Positions 1-11,152 of a DNA stretch of 64,000 nt are shown piece after piece; the stretch's first letter is position 1; every line of letters starts with the position of its first letter. The notes beneath the pieces are model-generated. The model searched no databases, was not told the origin of the DNA, and worked only from the letters and a program-made list of their open reading frames with translations. The translations under genes were made by a program, and so were the position numbers. Location of the stretch: NCBI RefSeq assembly GCF_006345805.1, contig NC_043021.1, forward strand, positions 12,028,001 through 12,092,000, written 5' to 3'. Origin of the DNA: Octopus sinensis. Lineage: Eukaryota.

Positions 1-601
1 ACATGTTAAAAATAATGGCCACCCACTCCCTTTTTGCTTCTTCTTCTCTCTCTCTCTCTTAACTTCCTTTTTCTTTTTCCACTGCTTCTACAAATGCTAT
101 GAGTTCTGTGTCTGCTTCATGTTGGTCAGTTTCATTCCTAGCTAACAGCCATACGATAAATGAGAATCCATGCTAAGATAAGCACTGATTACTGTTCACC
201 CCACCCCCCACTCTGAAGTTTGAGTGGTGAAAGATGGTGGGGATGTCTTGAGGAAGAAATTAGGCAAGAGGCTCAGTTGCACTTATTGTGTGTGTGTGTA
301 TACACATATATCTATATATATACATTATATAATAGTCAGGGAAACTGACTTCTCGTCGACAACTATGATAGTCACATGCCGATGATAGGTCAATACCTTG
401 AAACTTGAGTCCGTGTGTATCATAAGTTGAAGACGGGAAGGATGACTTCCCTTCACAAATACTGATAGGGTACAGAAAGTGTGTCTATAGCAAGCTGGAG
501 GAGGTGTCTTCCTGGGGCTACAAACTACAGTAGCATCCACCCTTAGGGGTTAGCCATATTCAAATGGCAAATATACGTCACGATATATATATATATATAT
601 A

Positions 602-700
602 TCAGATTAGGGCCTGGTGTAGCCTCCTGGCTTCTCAAACTCCAGTCAAACCATCCAACCCATGGTAAACAGACGTTAAACGATGATGATCATGATGATG
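602..700 (-). mobile_element. Interspersed repeat family D fragment ((CAT)n-headed)
   Basis: Reverse complement of the catcatcgtttaacgtc...ggttggatggtttgactgg...gccaggaggctacaccagg motif also at 3541, 14635, 45022. Confidence 0.7.
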
Positions 701-715
701 ATATATATATATATA

Positions 716-998
716 TGGAGGCGCACTTGCCCAGTGGTTAGGGCAGCGGACTCGCGGTTGTAGGATTGTGGTTTCGATTCCCAGACCAGGCATTGTAAGT
801 GTTTATTGAGCGAAAACACCTACAGCTCCACGAGGCTTCAGCAGGGCGTGGTGGTGAACCCTGCTGCACTCTTTCTTCCTGTTTCTGTTGTACCTTTATT
901 TCAAAGGGCCAGCCTTGTCACACTCTGTGTCATGCTGAATCTCCCTGAGAACTACATTCAGTACATATGTCTGTGGAGTGCTCAGCCACTTGCACGTT
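716..998 (+). mobile_element. tRNA-derived SINE family B (tail type i)
   Basis: Head ggcgcacttgcccagtggttagggcagcggactcgcgg...gtttcgattccc with A/B-box-like motifs; multiple copies in window. Confidence 0.85.
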
Positions 999-1009
999 AA
1001 TAAATGAGC

Positions 1010-1200
1010 TGCGACGTCACTGGTGCCAAGCTGTATCAGCCCCTTTGCCTTTCCCTTGGATAACATCGGTGGCGTGGAGAGGGGAGGTTGGTATGTGTGG
1101 GCGACTGCTGGTCTTCCATAAACAACTTTGCGCAGACTTGTGCCTAGGAGGGTAACCTTCAAGGTGTAATCCCATAGTCATTCACAACCGAAGGGGGTCA
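1010..1200 (+). mobile_element. SINE-type 3' module (family G), partial
   Basis: Near-identical reverse-complement copy at 17735-17880 (ggcgactgctggtcttccataaacaac). Confidence 0.6.
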
Positions 1201-1225
1201 CAACAACAACAATATATATATGTAT

Positions 1226-1340
1226 ATATCACCGTGACCTACTAGGCTATCAGATGTTGCTACACATCGCTGGTCACAATGCGCTTTGCATTGTTTTAAC
1301 CTTCAAATGATGCCACCCCGCTGGCTAAGCGAGCAGGCCA
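1226..1340 (-). mobile_element. SINE B tail type ii fragment
   Basis: Reverse complement of the tail at 12245-12362 and 49755-49875. Confidence 0.8.
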
Positions 1341-1360
1341 ATATATGTATATATATATAT

Positions 1361-1536
1361 ATTTTTTCTCTCCTTGTTTCTCTCCGTGTTTCTTTTCTGT
1401 GTATCTTTCTGTTGAAGAGCGTAGGCTCGAAACGTAAAAGACTTGTTTTATTTATATTCCTGAGCGCCATATTAATACAATTGTTTGTTTGTATTCCACC
1501 TGCCTTCGTCTTTTGTTTATTTTCATAAAGCTTCCC

Positions 1537-1540
<4 letters not shown>
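1361..1540 (+). mobile_element. Family F short element with minimal hammerhead-like motif (Penelope pLTR/retrozyme-like)
   Basis: TCTTT-CTGTTGA-A-GAGC-GTAG-GCTC-GAAA-CG-TA-AAAGA at 1404-1441; homologous copies at 6500, 9485, 15360. Confidence 0.65.
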
Positions 1541-1575
<35 letters not shown>

Positions 1576-1747
1576 GTAAAATATAAAAAATCAACGAAAA
1601 TGCATATTGTAAATAAAAAAAAGGCTTTTTATGATAGGTAACGACAAATATATACATTTAGATGAACTGAGGTAGTAATAAGAGTCATAAAAGTCATTAT
1701 TATGAGATGAATATAAGATGATAATAAAGTAAGAGAACAAAGCGAAC

Positions 1748-1772
<25 letters not shown>

Positions 1773-1778
<6 letters not shown>

Positions 1779-2169
1779 GAAATATTAAAATTACTAAGTC
1801 TCTCTAAAAGAGATTACGGCAGCGTTACTGGAAATTAATTGTTATCGCCATATTAATATGGCAGTCTTATAGATATAAGACTAAAAGTTGTCGCTGATTA
1901 GCTCCATGAGGCCATCGCCTTAAGATAGCTATTTGACACACAAACTGTGTCCATTATAACCTTCGAACAAGGGAGGTCAGCCGCTTCACACTGCTAGTCA
2001 GACAGCTACAGACGCGTTTCAGGGTATTTGCCCTTTGTCAATGTAGCGTAGTCGACCCAGCAGGTGTCGCCACTGATCATCTCTGTTCGAAGGTTTTATT
2101 TACCTAGTTTCGGTGGAATACATCCACTTGTTTTCAATAATAGAAATATTAAAATTACTAAGTCTCTCT
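1773..2169 (-). mobile_element. 364-bp terminally redundant retrozyme/Penelope-pLTR-like monomer
   Basis: 33-bp identical direct repeats at 1773-1805 and 2137-2169; internal hammerhead; flanked by (TA)n. Confidence 0.7.
2005..2047 (-). ncRNA. Type I hammerhead ribozyme, U3-A8 core variant
   Basis: Minus strand GCTACA-TTGACAA-AGGG-CAAATA-CCCT-GAAA-CGCG-TC-TGTAGC: 6-bp stem I, 4-bp stem II, palindromic stem III, GUC triplet. Confidence 0.7.
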
Positions 2170-2186
2170 CTCTCTATATATATATG

Positions 2187-2553
2187 CAGGGTGATTCAAA
2201 AGTCGCCATACATAGGAACAATTTATTTTTTTATAAGAAACAGCTTATAAGAACAGTTTTTGTTCTTTTTATTTAACAGGCTACCATTGTTTTGAATACA
2301 CATTGCAATACGTTTACTCCCACTCATTGTGAACTCGTAATAACACATCTGGTGATACGTGTGCAAAGGAGTTGGTGATGCGTTCCTTCAAATGATTTAT
2401 GTTTTTTATCATTCCACGATACACCATGCCTTTCAAATGCCCCCAAAGATAGAAATCAAGAGGGGTCAGATCAGGGTATCTAGGGGATCTTATAAACCGT
2501 TTCTGATAAAAAAAAAAAATTTTTCCTATGTATGGAGACTTTTGAATCACTTG
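2187..2553 (-). mobile_element. Internally deleted Tc1/mariner element
   Basis: ~29-bp TIRs cagggtgattcaaaagtcgccatacatag; minus-strand transposase remnant RSPRYPDLTPLDFYLWGHLKGMVY. Confidence 0.85.
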
Positions 2554-2828
2554 CTCGGGTTTGTAAGGGAAATAACTATATAAGCATTTTAGAGAGTTAC
2601 TTCCCTTATATAATAGCAAAAAAATGCATTAAAAATGGGGAAAATGATGGTAAATTTTTTTTTAAATCGTAGACTCATTGTAGACGCGCGCTTATACCCG
2701 GAAGGGCTCGATATGAATCACGACTATAAGATAGCGGTTTTGGTTAAACTGCACCTCAAAATGTGGGAGTAGTTAGGAATCTAAATCGTAGGAGACAGAC
2801 ACACAACCTTACTTTTATATATAAAGAT
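2554..2828 (+). mobile_element. Helentron-type (HINE/DINE-1-like) 3' fragment
   Basis: Ends gacagacacacaaccttacttttatatataaagat; start resembles gctcgagtttg of the 46771 element. Confidence 0.5.
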
Positions 2829-2838
2829 ATATTTACTT

Positions 2839-3055
2839 ACAGTAAACCCTCACCATTCGCGGTTCACCTGTCGCAGTTCACCTGTCGCAGTTTATTAATT
2901 AGGCTTCCTCCATGGTGTTGGTTTACATTTATAATAAAATGAATATACACCAATTATAAGAATAATAAAAAAAATATAGTGTTTCTACTTTGCGGATTTT
3001 CACCTATCATGGGGGCTTTTGGAACGTAACACCTGTGATAGTTAAGGGATTATAT
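2839..3055. mobile_element. pogo/Tigger-like MITE, degenerate
   Basis: ta-cagtaaaccctc...cgcgg left end and degenerate aagggatta right end. Confidence 0.5.
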
Positions 3056-3199
3056 TATATACATGTGTGTGTGCGTGTGTGTTAAAATTTTTCAAGGGAA
3101 ATTTTGACTCACTTCAAAGCTTTAGCTTGCTCGCTTCCATCAGACTGCCAGTAACGACAAACAAGCTGAAACTTCGAAGTTACTGTCAGTTTTGTTTTT

Positions 3200-3747
3200 G
3201 CTTGTTTCAGGTAGTTGACTGCAGCCATCCTGGAGCACTACCATGAAGGGTTTAAGTTGAACAAATTGACCCCCGCCCCAGGACTTATTTCCTTAAAGCC
3301 TAGTACTTGTTCTGAGGATGTAAACACACCAACGTAGGTTGTCAAGCAGTGATGGGGGGAACAAGCACAGACACAAAGACACACACAAGTATATATATAC
3401 ATACATAGATGCATACATACATACATACATATATATATACACACACATACATACATATATATATATAGACACACACACACATACATATATATATATACAT
3501 CATATATATATATATATATTATATATATATATATATATATATCATCATCATCATCATCATCGTTTAACGTCTGTTTTCTGCACTAGCACGGGTTGGACGG
3601 TTCGACCGGGGTCTGGGGAGCCAGGGGCTGCACCAGGCTCCAATCTGATCTGGCAGTGTTTCTACATGTATATATATATATACATTCACACACATATGCG
3701 CACACACACACACACAGACACACACACACAGACACACACTAACACAT

Positions 3748-3780
<33 letters not shown>

Positions 3781-3925
3781 CAGTGGGCTTCTATCAGTTT
3801 CCATCTTCCAAATTCCTTCACAAGGCTTTTGTTAGCCTGAGGCTTTAGTAGCAGGTGCCACGCTCTAGGACTGAACCTGGAACTATGTGCTTGGGAAGCA
3901 AGCTTCTTACATACAGCTTCACCTA
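3200..3925 (-). mobile_element. SINE family A, degenerate, interrupted by microsatellite and family D
   Basis: 3' half at 3200-3420 and 5' half at 3783-3925 match family A reverse complement. Confidence 0.7.
3541..3667 (+). mobile_element. Family D repeat, truncated
   Basis: (cat)n-cgtttaacgtc...gggttggacggttcgaccggggtctgggg. Confidence 0.75.
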
Positions 3926-4047
3926 TAGTCATCCAAAATTCCAGCAGTTAGAAGAAAAAAAAACAGACACTCATATATTAAGTAATGGAGTGGAAGATAT
4001 ATCACTATTATTTATATAATTTTATAATCTCATGATAGTCAGGTTAC

Positions 4048-4189
4048 CAAATGGTTTTATGCCAGAAATGGAGAGACAAATCCAGCAATCATCAGAAACA
4101 TATGAATGGAAAATTATATTCTTTTGGCTTTTTGCCACTGGAGGCTTGAATCCATCAAGGTCTATGGGTCTTAGAGATGCTGTAAAAAT
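4048..4189 (-). other. Candidate exon (142 nt) of unrecognised gene
   Basis: ttttattccag acceptor, ttg|gtaacc donor, frame 0 open (IFTASLRPIDLDGFKPP...DDCWICLSISGIKPF). Confidence 0.3.
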
Positions 4190-4307
4190 CTGGAATAAAA
4201 ATTCATGAGTACAAGCACACAGGCTGACTTTTTTAAATATTAACAGTAATGTTTAAATGTTTTTGTTATCCTCTTTCTTTCTCATGAGCACGGTTATACT
4301 TTAATAG

Positions 4308-4692
4308 TGGAGGCGCAATGGCCCAGTGGTTAGGGCAGCGGACTCGCGGTCATAGGATCGCGGTTTCGATTCCCAGACCGGGCGTTGTGAGTGTTTATTG
4401 AGCGAAAACACCTAAAAGCTCCACGAGGCTCCGGCAGGGGATGGTGGTGATCCCTGCTGTACTCTTTCACCACAACTTTCTCTCACGCTTACTTCCTGTT
4501 TCTGTTGTACCTGTATTTCAAGGGGCCGGCCTTGTCACTCTCTGTGTCACGCTGAATATCCCCGAGAACTACGTTAAGGGTGCACGTGTCTGTGGAGTGC
4601 TCAGCCACTTACACGTTAATTTCACGAGCAGGCTGTTCTGTTGATTCGGATCAACCGGAACCCTCATCGTCGTAACCGACAGAGTGCTTCCA
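4308..4692 (+). mobile_element. SINE family B full length (tail i)
   Basis: tRNA-like head plus complete tail to aaccgacagagtgcttcc. Confidence 0.9.
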
Positions 4693-5109
4693 GTATACTT
4701 TAATAAAGTAATCAACTGTATCAGTGTCAGCTCGTCCCCTTGTGGTGTTATACTCAATACAGTAGAGGAGTTAATCTAAATTTTTGTCCTTCCCCACATC
4801 CATGTGTCCCCAACAGCCTTGTAATTTGATTGGTTGAAAGAAATGCACATAGTTTATAGAGAGATTATTCGGAAAAATCCAACAGGAATTAATTGTTTTC
4901 GCCTACTGAGGCACCCACACATGATTGTGGCTGAAAAAAATATTCTAATATATAGTAATTATAAAGACTGATCTTCTATGATGATACTTGAATATAAACT
5001 TAACTACTTAAAGCTGGTCTACAGTGCAGAAACAAATGTTGTTATCTACTATTGAAGCCTGCTATCCTCCGACCTCTTGTTATATATCTATATATAAGAC
5101 TGAGAAAGT

Positions 5110-5355
5110 GTGTGTGTCTGTCTGTGTGACAAGGCTGGCCCTTTGAAATACAAGTACAACAGAAACAGGAAGAAAGAGTGAGAGAGACTTGTGGTGAAAG
5201 AGTGCAGCGGGGTTCACCACCATGCCCTGTCGGAGCCTTGTGGAACTTTAGGTATTTTCGCTTAATAAACACTTACAATGCCTGGTCTGGGAATCGAAAC
5301 CGTGATCCTATGACTGCGAGTCCGCTGCCCTAACCACTGGGCCAGTGGGCCTCCA
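5110..5355 (-). mobile_element. SINE family B, 3'-truncated
   Basis: Reverse complement of B head and body. Confidence 0.85.
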
Positions 5356-5384
5356 TATATATTATATATCTATATATCTATACA

Positions 5385-5791
5385 GGCACAGGAGTGGCTG
5401 TGTGGTAAGTAGCTTGTTTACCAGGCACATGGTTCTGAGTTCAGTCCCACTGCGTGGCACCTTGGGCAAGTGTCTTCTACTATAGCCTCGGGCCGACCAA
5501 AGCCTTGTGAGTGGATTTGGTAGACGGAAACTGAAAGAAGCCTGTCGTATATATGTATATATATATGTATGTGTGTGTGTGTTTGTGTGTCTGTGTTTGT
5601 CCCCCTAGCATCGCTTGACAACCGATGCTGGTGTGTTTATGTCCCCATTACTTGGCGGTTCGGCAAAAGAGACCGATAGAATAAGTACTGGGCTTACAAA
5701 AGAATAAGTCCTGGGGTCGATTTGCTCGATTAAAGGCGGTGCTCTAGCATGGCCGCAGTCAAATGACTGAAACAAGTAAAAGAGTAAAAGA

Positions 5792-5792
<1 letters not shown>
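5385..5792 (+). mobile_element. SINE family A full length (tRNA head, CORE-like segment, (GTAAAAGA)n tail)
   Basis: ggagtggctgtgtggtaag...ggttctgagttcagtccc...ccttgggcaagtgtctt...gactgaaacaagtaaaagagtaaaagag. Confidence 0.9.
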
Positions 5793-5826
<34 letters not shown>

Positions 5827-6074
5827 GTGGTAATGCCACAACAAATAGAAAAGCTCTTGATCAATCTCTCTTGTTTAAATGCTATATGCTCAAAAGGCAA
5901 CTGAGAAACAGCATTGTACTCAGCTTGATGAATGGCGAAATAGATTAGCATTTCAACCGGGAAACCCCGGGTAGCTGCAGTTAACAAGATTTGCATTTTT
6001 CTATTATTACATAATTTGCGTGTGTTTGTGTGTGCATGTATGTATATGTATGTGTATGTATATATATATATATA

Positions 6075-6484
6075 CTCTTTTACTCTTTACTCTTTTACTT
6101 GTTTCAGTCATTTGACTGCGGCCATGCTGGAGCACCGCCTTTAATCAAGCAACTCGACCCCGAGACTTATTCTTTTGTAAGCCCAGTACTTATTCTATTG
6201 GTCTCTTTTGCTGAACCGCTAAGTGACGGGGACATAAACACACCAGCATCGGTTGTCAAGCAATGCTAGGGGGACAAACACAGACACAAACACACACACG
6301 CATATATATATACATATATACGACGGGCTTCTTTTCAGTTTCCGTCTACCAAATCCACTCACAAGGCTTTGGTCGGCCCGAGGCTATAGTAGAAGACACT
6401 TCCCCAAGGTGCCATGCAGTGGGACTGAACCCGGAGCCATGTGGTTGGTAAACAAGCTACTTACCACACAGCCACTCCTGCGCC
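6075..6484 (-). mobile_element. SINE family A full length
   Basis: Reverse complement of 5385-5792. Confidence 0.9.
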
Positions 6485-6499
6485 TATATATATATATAT

Positions 6500-6685
6500 C
6501 ACTAGCCACTACACATTCTTTATTTTCTCTCTCTGTTTCTTTGTTTCTTTCTGTGTTCCTTTCTGTGGAAGAGTGTATGCTCAAAACGTTTAAAGACTTT
6601 TTCGCTTCCTGAGCGTTAAACTAATACATCTGTTTGTTGTCTACACCACCTGTCTTCGTCTTTTGTTTTTCTGTGAATCTCCCTA
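6500..6685 (+). mobile_element. Family F element, degenerate hammerhead-like motif
   Basis: CCTTT-CTGTGGA-A-GAGT-GTAT-GCTC-AAAA-CG-TTT-AAAGA at 6558-6596. Confidence 0.6.
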
Positions 6686-6694
6686 TATGTATAT

Positions 6695-6753
<59 letters not shown>

Positions 6754-6766
6754 TATACATATATAG

Positions 6767-6834
<68 letters not shown>

Positions 6835-6845
6835 TATATATGTAT
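6685..6845. repeat. (TA)n microsatellite
   Basis: Direct reading. Confidence 0.95.
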
Positions 6846-6847
6846 AT

Positions 6848-7235
6848 GGGAGGAAGCACTCCGTCGGTTACGACGACGAGGGTTCCAGTTGATCCGAATC
6901 AACGGAACAGCCTGCTCATGAAATTAACGTGTAAGTGGCTGAGCATTCCACAGACACGTGTACCCATAACGTAGTTCTCGGGGATATTCAGCGTGACACA
7001 GAGAGTGACAAGGCCGGCCCTTTGAAATACAGATACAACAGAAACAGGAAGTCAGAGTGAGAGAAAGTTGTGGTGAAAGAGTACAGCAGGGATCACCACC
7101 ATCCCCTGCTGGAGCCTCGTGGAGCTTTAGGTGTTTTCGCTCAATAAACACTCACAACACCCGGTCTGGGAATCGAAACTGCGATCCTACGACCGCGAGT
7201 CCGCTGCCCTAACCACTGGGCCATTGCGCCTCCAC
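6848..7235 (-). mobile_element. SINE family B full length (tail i)
   Basis: Reverse complement of 4308-4692. Confidence 0.9.
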
Positions 7236-7255
7236 ATATGTATATATATTGTGTG

Positions 7256-7668
7256 TGTGGCTATGCTGGGGCACTGCCTTGAAGGGTTTAGTCAAATTGG
7301 CCCCAGTACTTATTTTTTTAAAAAGTCTGGTACTTATTCTATCAGTCTCTTTTGTCAAACCACTAAGTTACAGGAACATAAACAAACCAACACCAGTTGT
7401 CAAGCAGTGATGAGGAACAAACACACACACACACAGACACATGCATGCACGCACACATAAGTATACATACATAGATACATACATACATACATACATACAT
7501 ATGACAGGCTTCTTTTAGTTTCTGTCTACCAAATCTACTCACAAGGCTTTGGTCAGCCGGAGAGGGGGGAGGCTATATTAAAAACACTCGCTCAAGGTGC
7601 CATGCAGTGGGACTGAACTCAGAACCATGTGGTTGGGATGCAAGCTTTTTACTACACAGCCACACCTG
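7256..7668 (-). mobile_element. SINE family A, diverged
   Basis: Recognisable A tail, body and head on minus strand. Confidence 0.75.
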
Positions 7669-7995
7669 TGCCTTTATGCGCACCTGTGTGTTTATCACTG
7701 TGTTTATTCTCATATTGCATTTATACTGATGCATATGTAATAACCAAAAATACAACTACTGTATGCATCACCCATTATGCGGAAAGCAGAAGGTTGTAGA
7801 TGTTGCACCCTGAGCAAGCTGCAGTAATTATGCGAGGAACAAAATTTTAATGATTTAAATTAAGAAAAACACACACACACAAAAAAATTAGCATCTAAGT
7901 GCAAAACTACCTCACATCTGATTTTCCGCTTTGATTTCTGGAGACAATTTGGCAGGGGGAGCATGTGGACGTTTGTTATGCTATATAAGACTTAC

Positions 7996-8043
7996 ATTTT
8001 CAAAGAAATTTGAGTCTCTGCACAGATTAGCAAAGTATGGTCT
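7996..8043 (-). other. Candidate 48-nt exon of unrecognised gene
   Basis: ~60-nt polypyrimidine tract, ttgtag acceptor, aat|gtaagt donor; frame 0 reads RPYFANLCRDSNFFEN. Confidence 0.5.
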
Positions 8044-8273
8044 CTACAAGAAGGCAAAGATAAGAGAAAAAAGAAAAAAAAGAGAGGAGAGAATAGAAAG
8101 AAAGAATTGACTAAAGAATGTACGGGTGTGGCTAAAACCAAAGTTGGTGCTGGTATGAAGAAGAGATAAGATTCTACCATTTCTATATCTGTACAGAGAA
8201 TTATTCCAATCATCTGTCACTTTTGATTATATATATATATATATATATATATGACATATATATATATAAATAT

Positions 8274-8326
<53 letters not shown>

Positions 8327-8410
8327 CACATACACACACAACACACACACACCACACATATATATATACACAAACACACTGCCTATATATATATATATAT
8401 ATATATGCAT

Positions 8411-8790
8411 GTGTGGCTGTGTGGTAAGAAGCTTGCTTCCCAACCACACTGTTCGAGGATCAGTCCCACTGCAGGGCACCTAGGGCAAATATCTTCTACT
8501 ATGGCTTCAGGCCAAACCAAAGCCTTGTGAGTGAATATGGGAGGTGGAAACTGAAAGAAGCCCATCATATACAAATATATTTCTATGTCTGTGTGTGTAT
8601 CCTCTACAGCTTGACAACTAGTGTTGGTGTGCTCACGTCCCTGCAACTTAGTGGTTCAGCAAAAGAGACCAATAGAATAAGTACTAGGCTTAAGAAAAAC
8701 TAAATCCTGGGGTCAATTTATTTGACTGAAACCCTTGAAGGCGGTTCCCCAGCATGGCTGCACTCAAATGACTGAAACAAGTAAACGATA
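8411..8790 (+). mobile_element. SINE family A
   Basis: Head, CORE-like segment and tail present. Confidence 0.85.
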
Positions 8791-8859
8791 GAAAATATGT
8801 GTGTGTGTGTGTGTGTGTGTATGTGCATGTGTGTGTCTGTGTGTGTATATGTGTATATA

Positions 8860-9343
8860 TACCATAAATCCTCAAGTATAATCCGCATTTTTTTCCCAAA
8901 ATTTAAAGGTCAAAATCCCTAGTGCATACTAGATACGAGGTTAAAAAGGAAAATTATTTTTATTCAGACGTATTTTGTGATGTCGGGCACGAAAATACCT
9001 TAAACTTAGCCTGAAAGCAATGAAGTCATAAAAGAATCATCCATAACTTGCAGTAAGCAACGTTTATTAAAGTAAAAGTATTCAGAACACAGAATAACAT
9101 GTAACAAAAACAATTTGCAAACATATTTACATTCCCATATAACAGTTAAGAACATCATTATTATATTACGCATGTGCGCGGCAGTGTTTGTTCAACTAGG
9201 TGCTGCTGGCTTAATTATGCACGACTCAAGTTAGAGAAGGGGTGCGTATTATACACAAAGTTTAGGTTTTCCAGAGGTACGGCCCCCTAAAAATCCCCTG
9301 CATATTATATTCAAGGATGGACTATACTTGAGGATTTCAACTA
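8860..9343. mobile_element. pogo/Tigger-like MITE
   Basis: Imperfect TIRs taccataaatcctcaagtataatcc / ggactatacttgaggatttcaacta in TA context. Confidence 0.65.
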
Positions 9344-9377
9344 TATATATATATGTATATATATATAATATATATAC

Positions 9378-9408
<31 letters not shown>

Positions 9409-9430
9409 CTATATATATATAATATATATC

Positions 9431-9463
<33 letters not shown>

Positions 9464-9484
9464 TATATAATATATATATATATA

Positions 9485-9590
9485 TATAGTTGAAATTTAT
9501 AGAAAAACAAAAGATGAAGACAGGCATATTAGTTTGACGGTCAGGAAAATGAAAAAGTCTTTTATGTTTCACCAGCTATCACCTGAGGTT
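9485..9590 (-). mobile_element. Family F element, diverged
   Basis: Minus strand ggaaacataaaagactttttcattttcctgaccgtcaaactaata matches F copies. Confidence 0.5.
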
Positions 9591-10201
9591 ACATATATGT
9601 ATATATACATATGTATGTATATGTACATATGTATGTATGTATATATATACATATATGAATATATATATGCATATATAGGGAGCAATCACCATATCTCATA
9701 CCATAACGGCTACCACTGAAGAGCGCAGGGTTACATAACTGAACTGTTGTCTAACACTACGTTGAAACCCCTGGTGCAAAACCAATTAGTAAGATTGGCC
9801 ATAATGAATATATAATACTATACACTTTGATTACTATACATACATACATACATATACAATATGCTTCTTTCAGTTTCTGTCTATTAAATCCGTTCGCAAG
9901 ACTTCTGTGGTCTGTGGCTATAGCAGAAATTTACATAAAATGGAAAAAACCACTTGGCCAGAAATGGTCTGCACAGTGAGACCGAACCAAAAATCACATG
10001 GCCATGAAGCAGACATTTTAATCACACAGCCATGAATTCTAATAAGATGCGCATGAAAGCAATGAGTCATTACTCATTAGAATAGTTAAGTCTTCCATAC
10101 ATTCTGAATCTGTTATTACAATATCTGCTTGTTCTGTGTATCCAGGCTGTTCTAACGTTGCCAAGACTGATTCAGAACTTTCTGGAACTTCACAACATAT
10201 T

Positions 10202-10618
10202 ACTCTTTACTCTTTTACTCTTTTACTTGTTTCAGTCATTTGACTGCGGCCATGCTGGAGCACCGCCTTTAGTCGGGCAAATCAACCCCGGGACTTATTC
10301 TTTGTAAGCCCAGTACTTATTCTATCGGTCTCTTTTGCCGAACCGCTAAGTGACGGGGACGTAAACACACCAGCATCGGTTGTCAAGCAATGCTAGGGAA
10401 ACAAACACAGACACACAAACATACACACACCACACTTATATATATATACATATATACGACAGGCTTCTTTCAGTTTCCGTCTACCAAATCCACTCACAAG
10501 GCATTGGTCGGCCCGGGGCTATAGCAGAAGACACTTGCCCAAGGTGCCACGCAGTGGGACTGAATCCAGAACCATGTGGTTGGTTAGCAAGCTACTTACC
10601 ACACAGCCACTCCTGCGC
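10202..10618 (-). mobile_element. SINE family A full length
   Basis: Near-consensus copy. Confidence 0.9.
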
Positions 10619-10671
10619 CTACATAATACATAATCATGTATTTTTATTTTTAAAATTTTATTTTTTATCTT

Positions 10672-10915
10672 CTTACTTGTTTTTCAGTCATTAGACTGCG
10701 GCCATGCTGGGGCATCATCGCCTTGAAGAATTTTAGTCAAACAACTCAACCCTAGTACTCATTAGTTTCTTAAGCCTGGTATTGTTTTTCAACAGTCCCT
10801 TTGGCAGACTGCTAAGTCACAAGAACGTAAACACACCAACACAAGTTGCCAATCGGTGGTAGGGGGACAAATTCAGACACAAAGACACGCACACACACTC
10901 ACACGCTCACACATA
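10672..10915 (-). mobile_element. SINE family A 3' half
   Basis: Diverged tail and body. Confidence 0.7.
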
Positions 10916-10923
10916 CATACATA

Positions 10924-11040
10924 TGTTGGGTTGTCCGGAAAGTTCGTGCTGATTTACAGTAGCTTACTTTTCGACTTATTTTAGAACATGGTTGAGTCCA
11001 TAAAATAAGATCTGACTACACCTCCATTTAGAGCACATAT
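10924..11040. mobile_element. Mariner terminal fragment
   Basis: Mariner-like terminus tgttgggttgtccggaaagttcgtgctgattt. Confidence 0.45.
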
Positions 11041-11107
11041 TTAGGAGGCAAATATATTTCACGATGTCATGCAGCTGCTGTTTATGCCCCACTCAGAGAT
11101 ATAGATA

Positions 11108-11152
<45 letters not shown>

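Noticed and set aside
716-790. tRNA genes at SINE A/B/C heads
   Set aside because: A/B-box-like motifs are present, but I could not fold a complete cloverleaf and each continues into a repeated SINE body.
9705-9785. Hammerhead-like CTGAAGA...GAAACCCC-TGGTG
   Set aside because: No NUH triplet and stem II is uncertain; at most a decayed relic.
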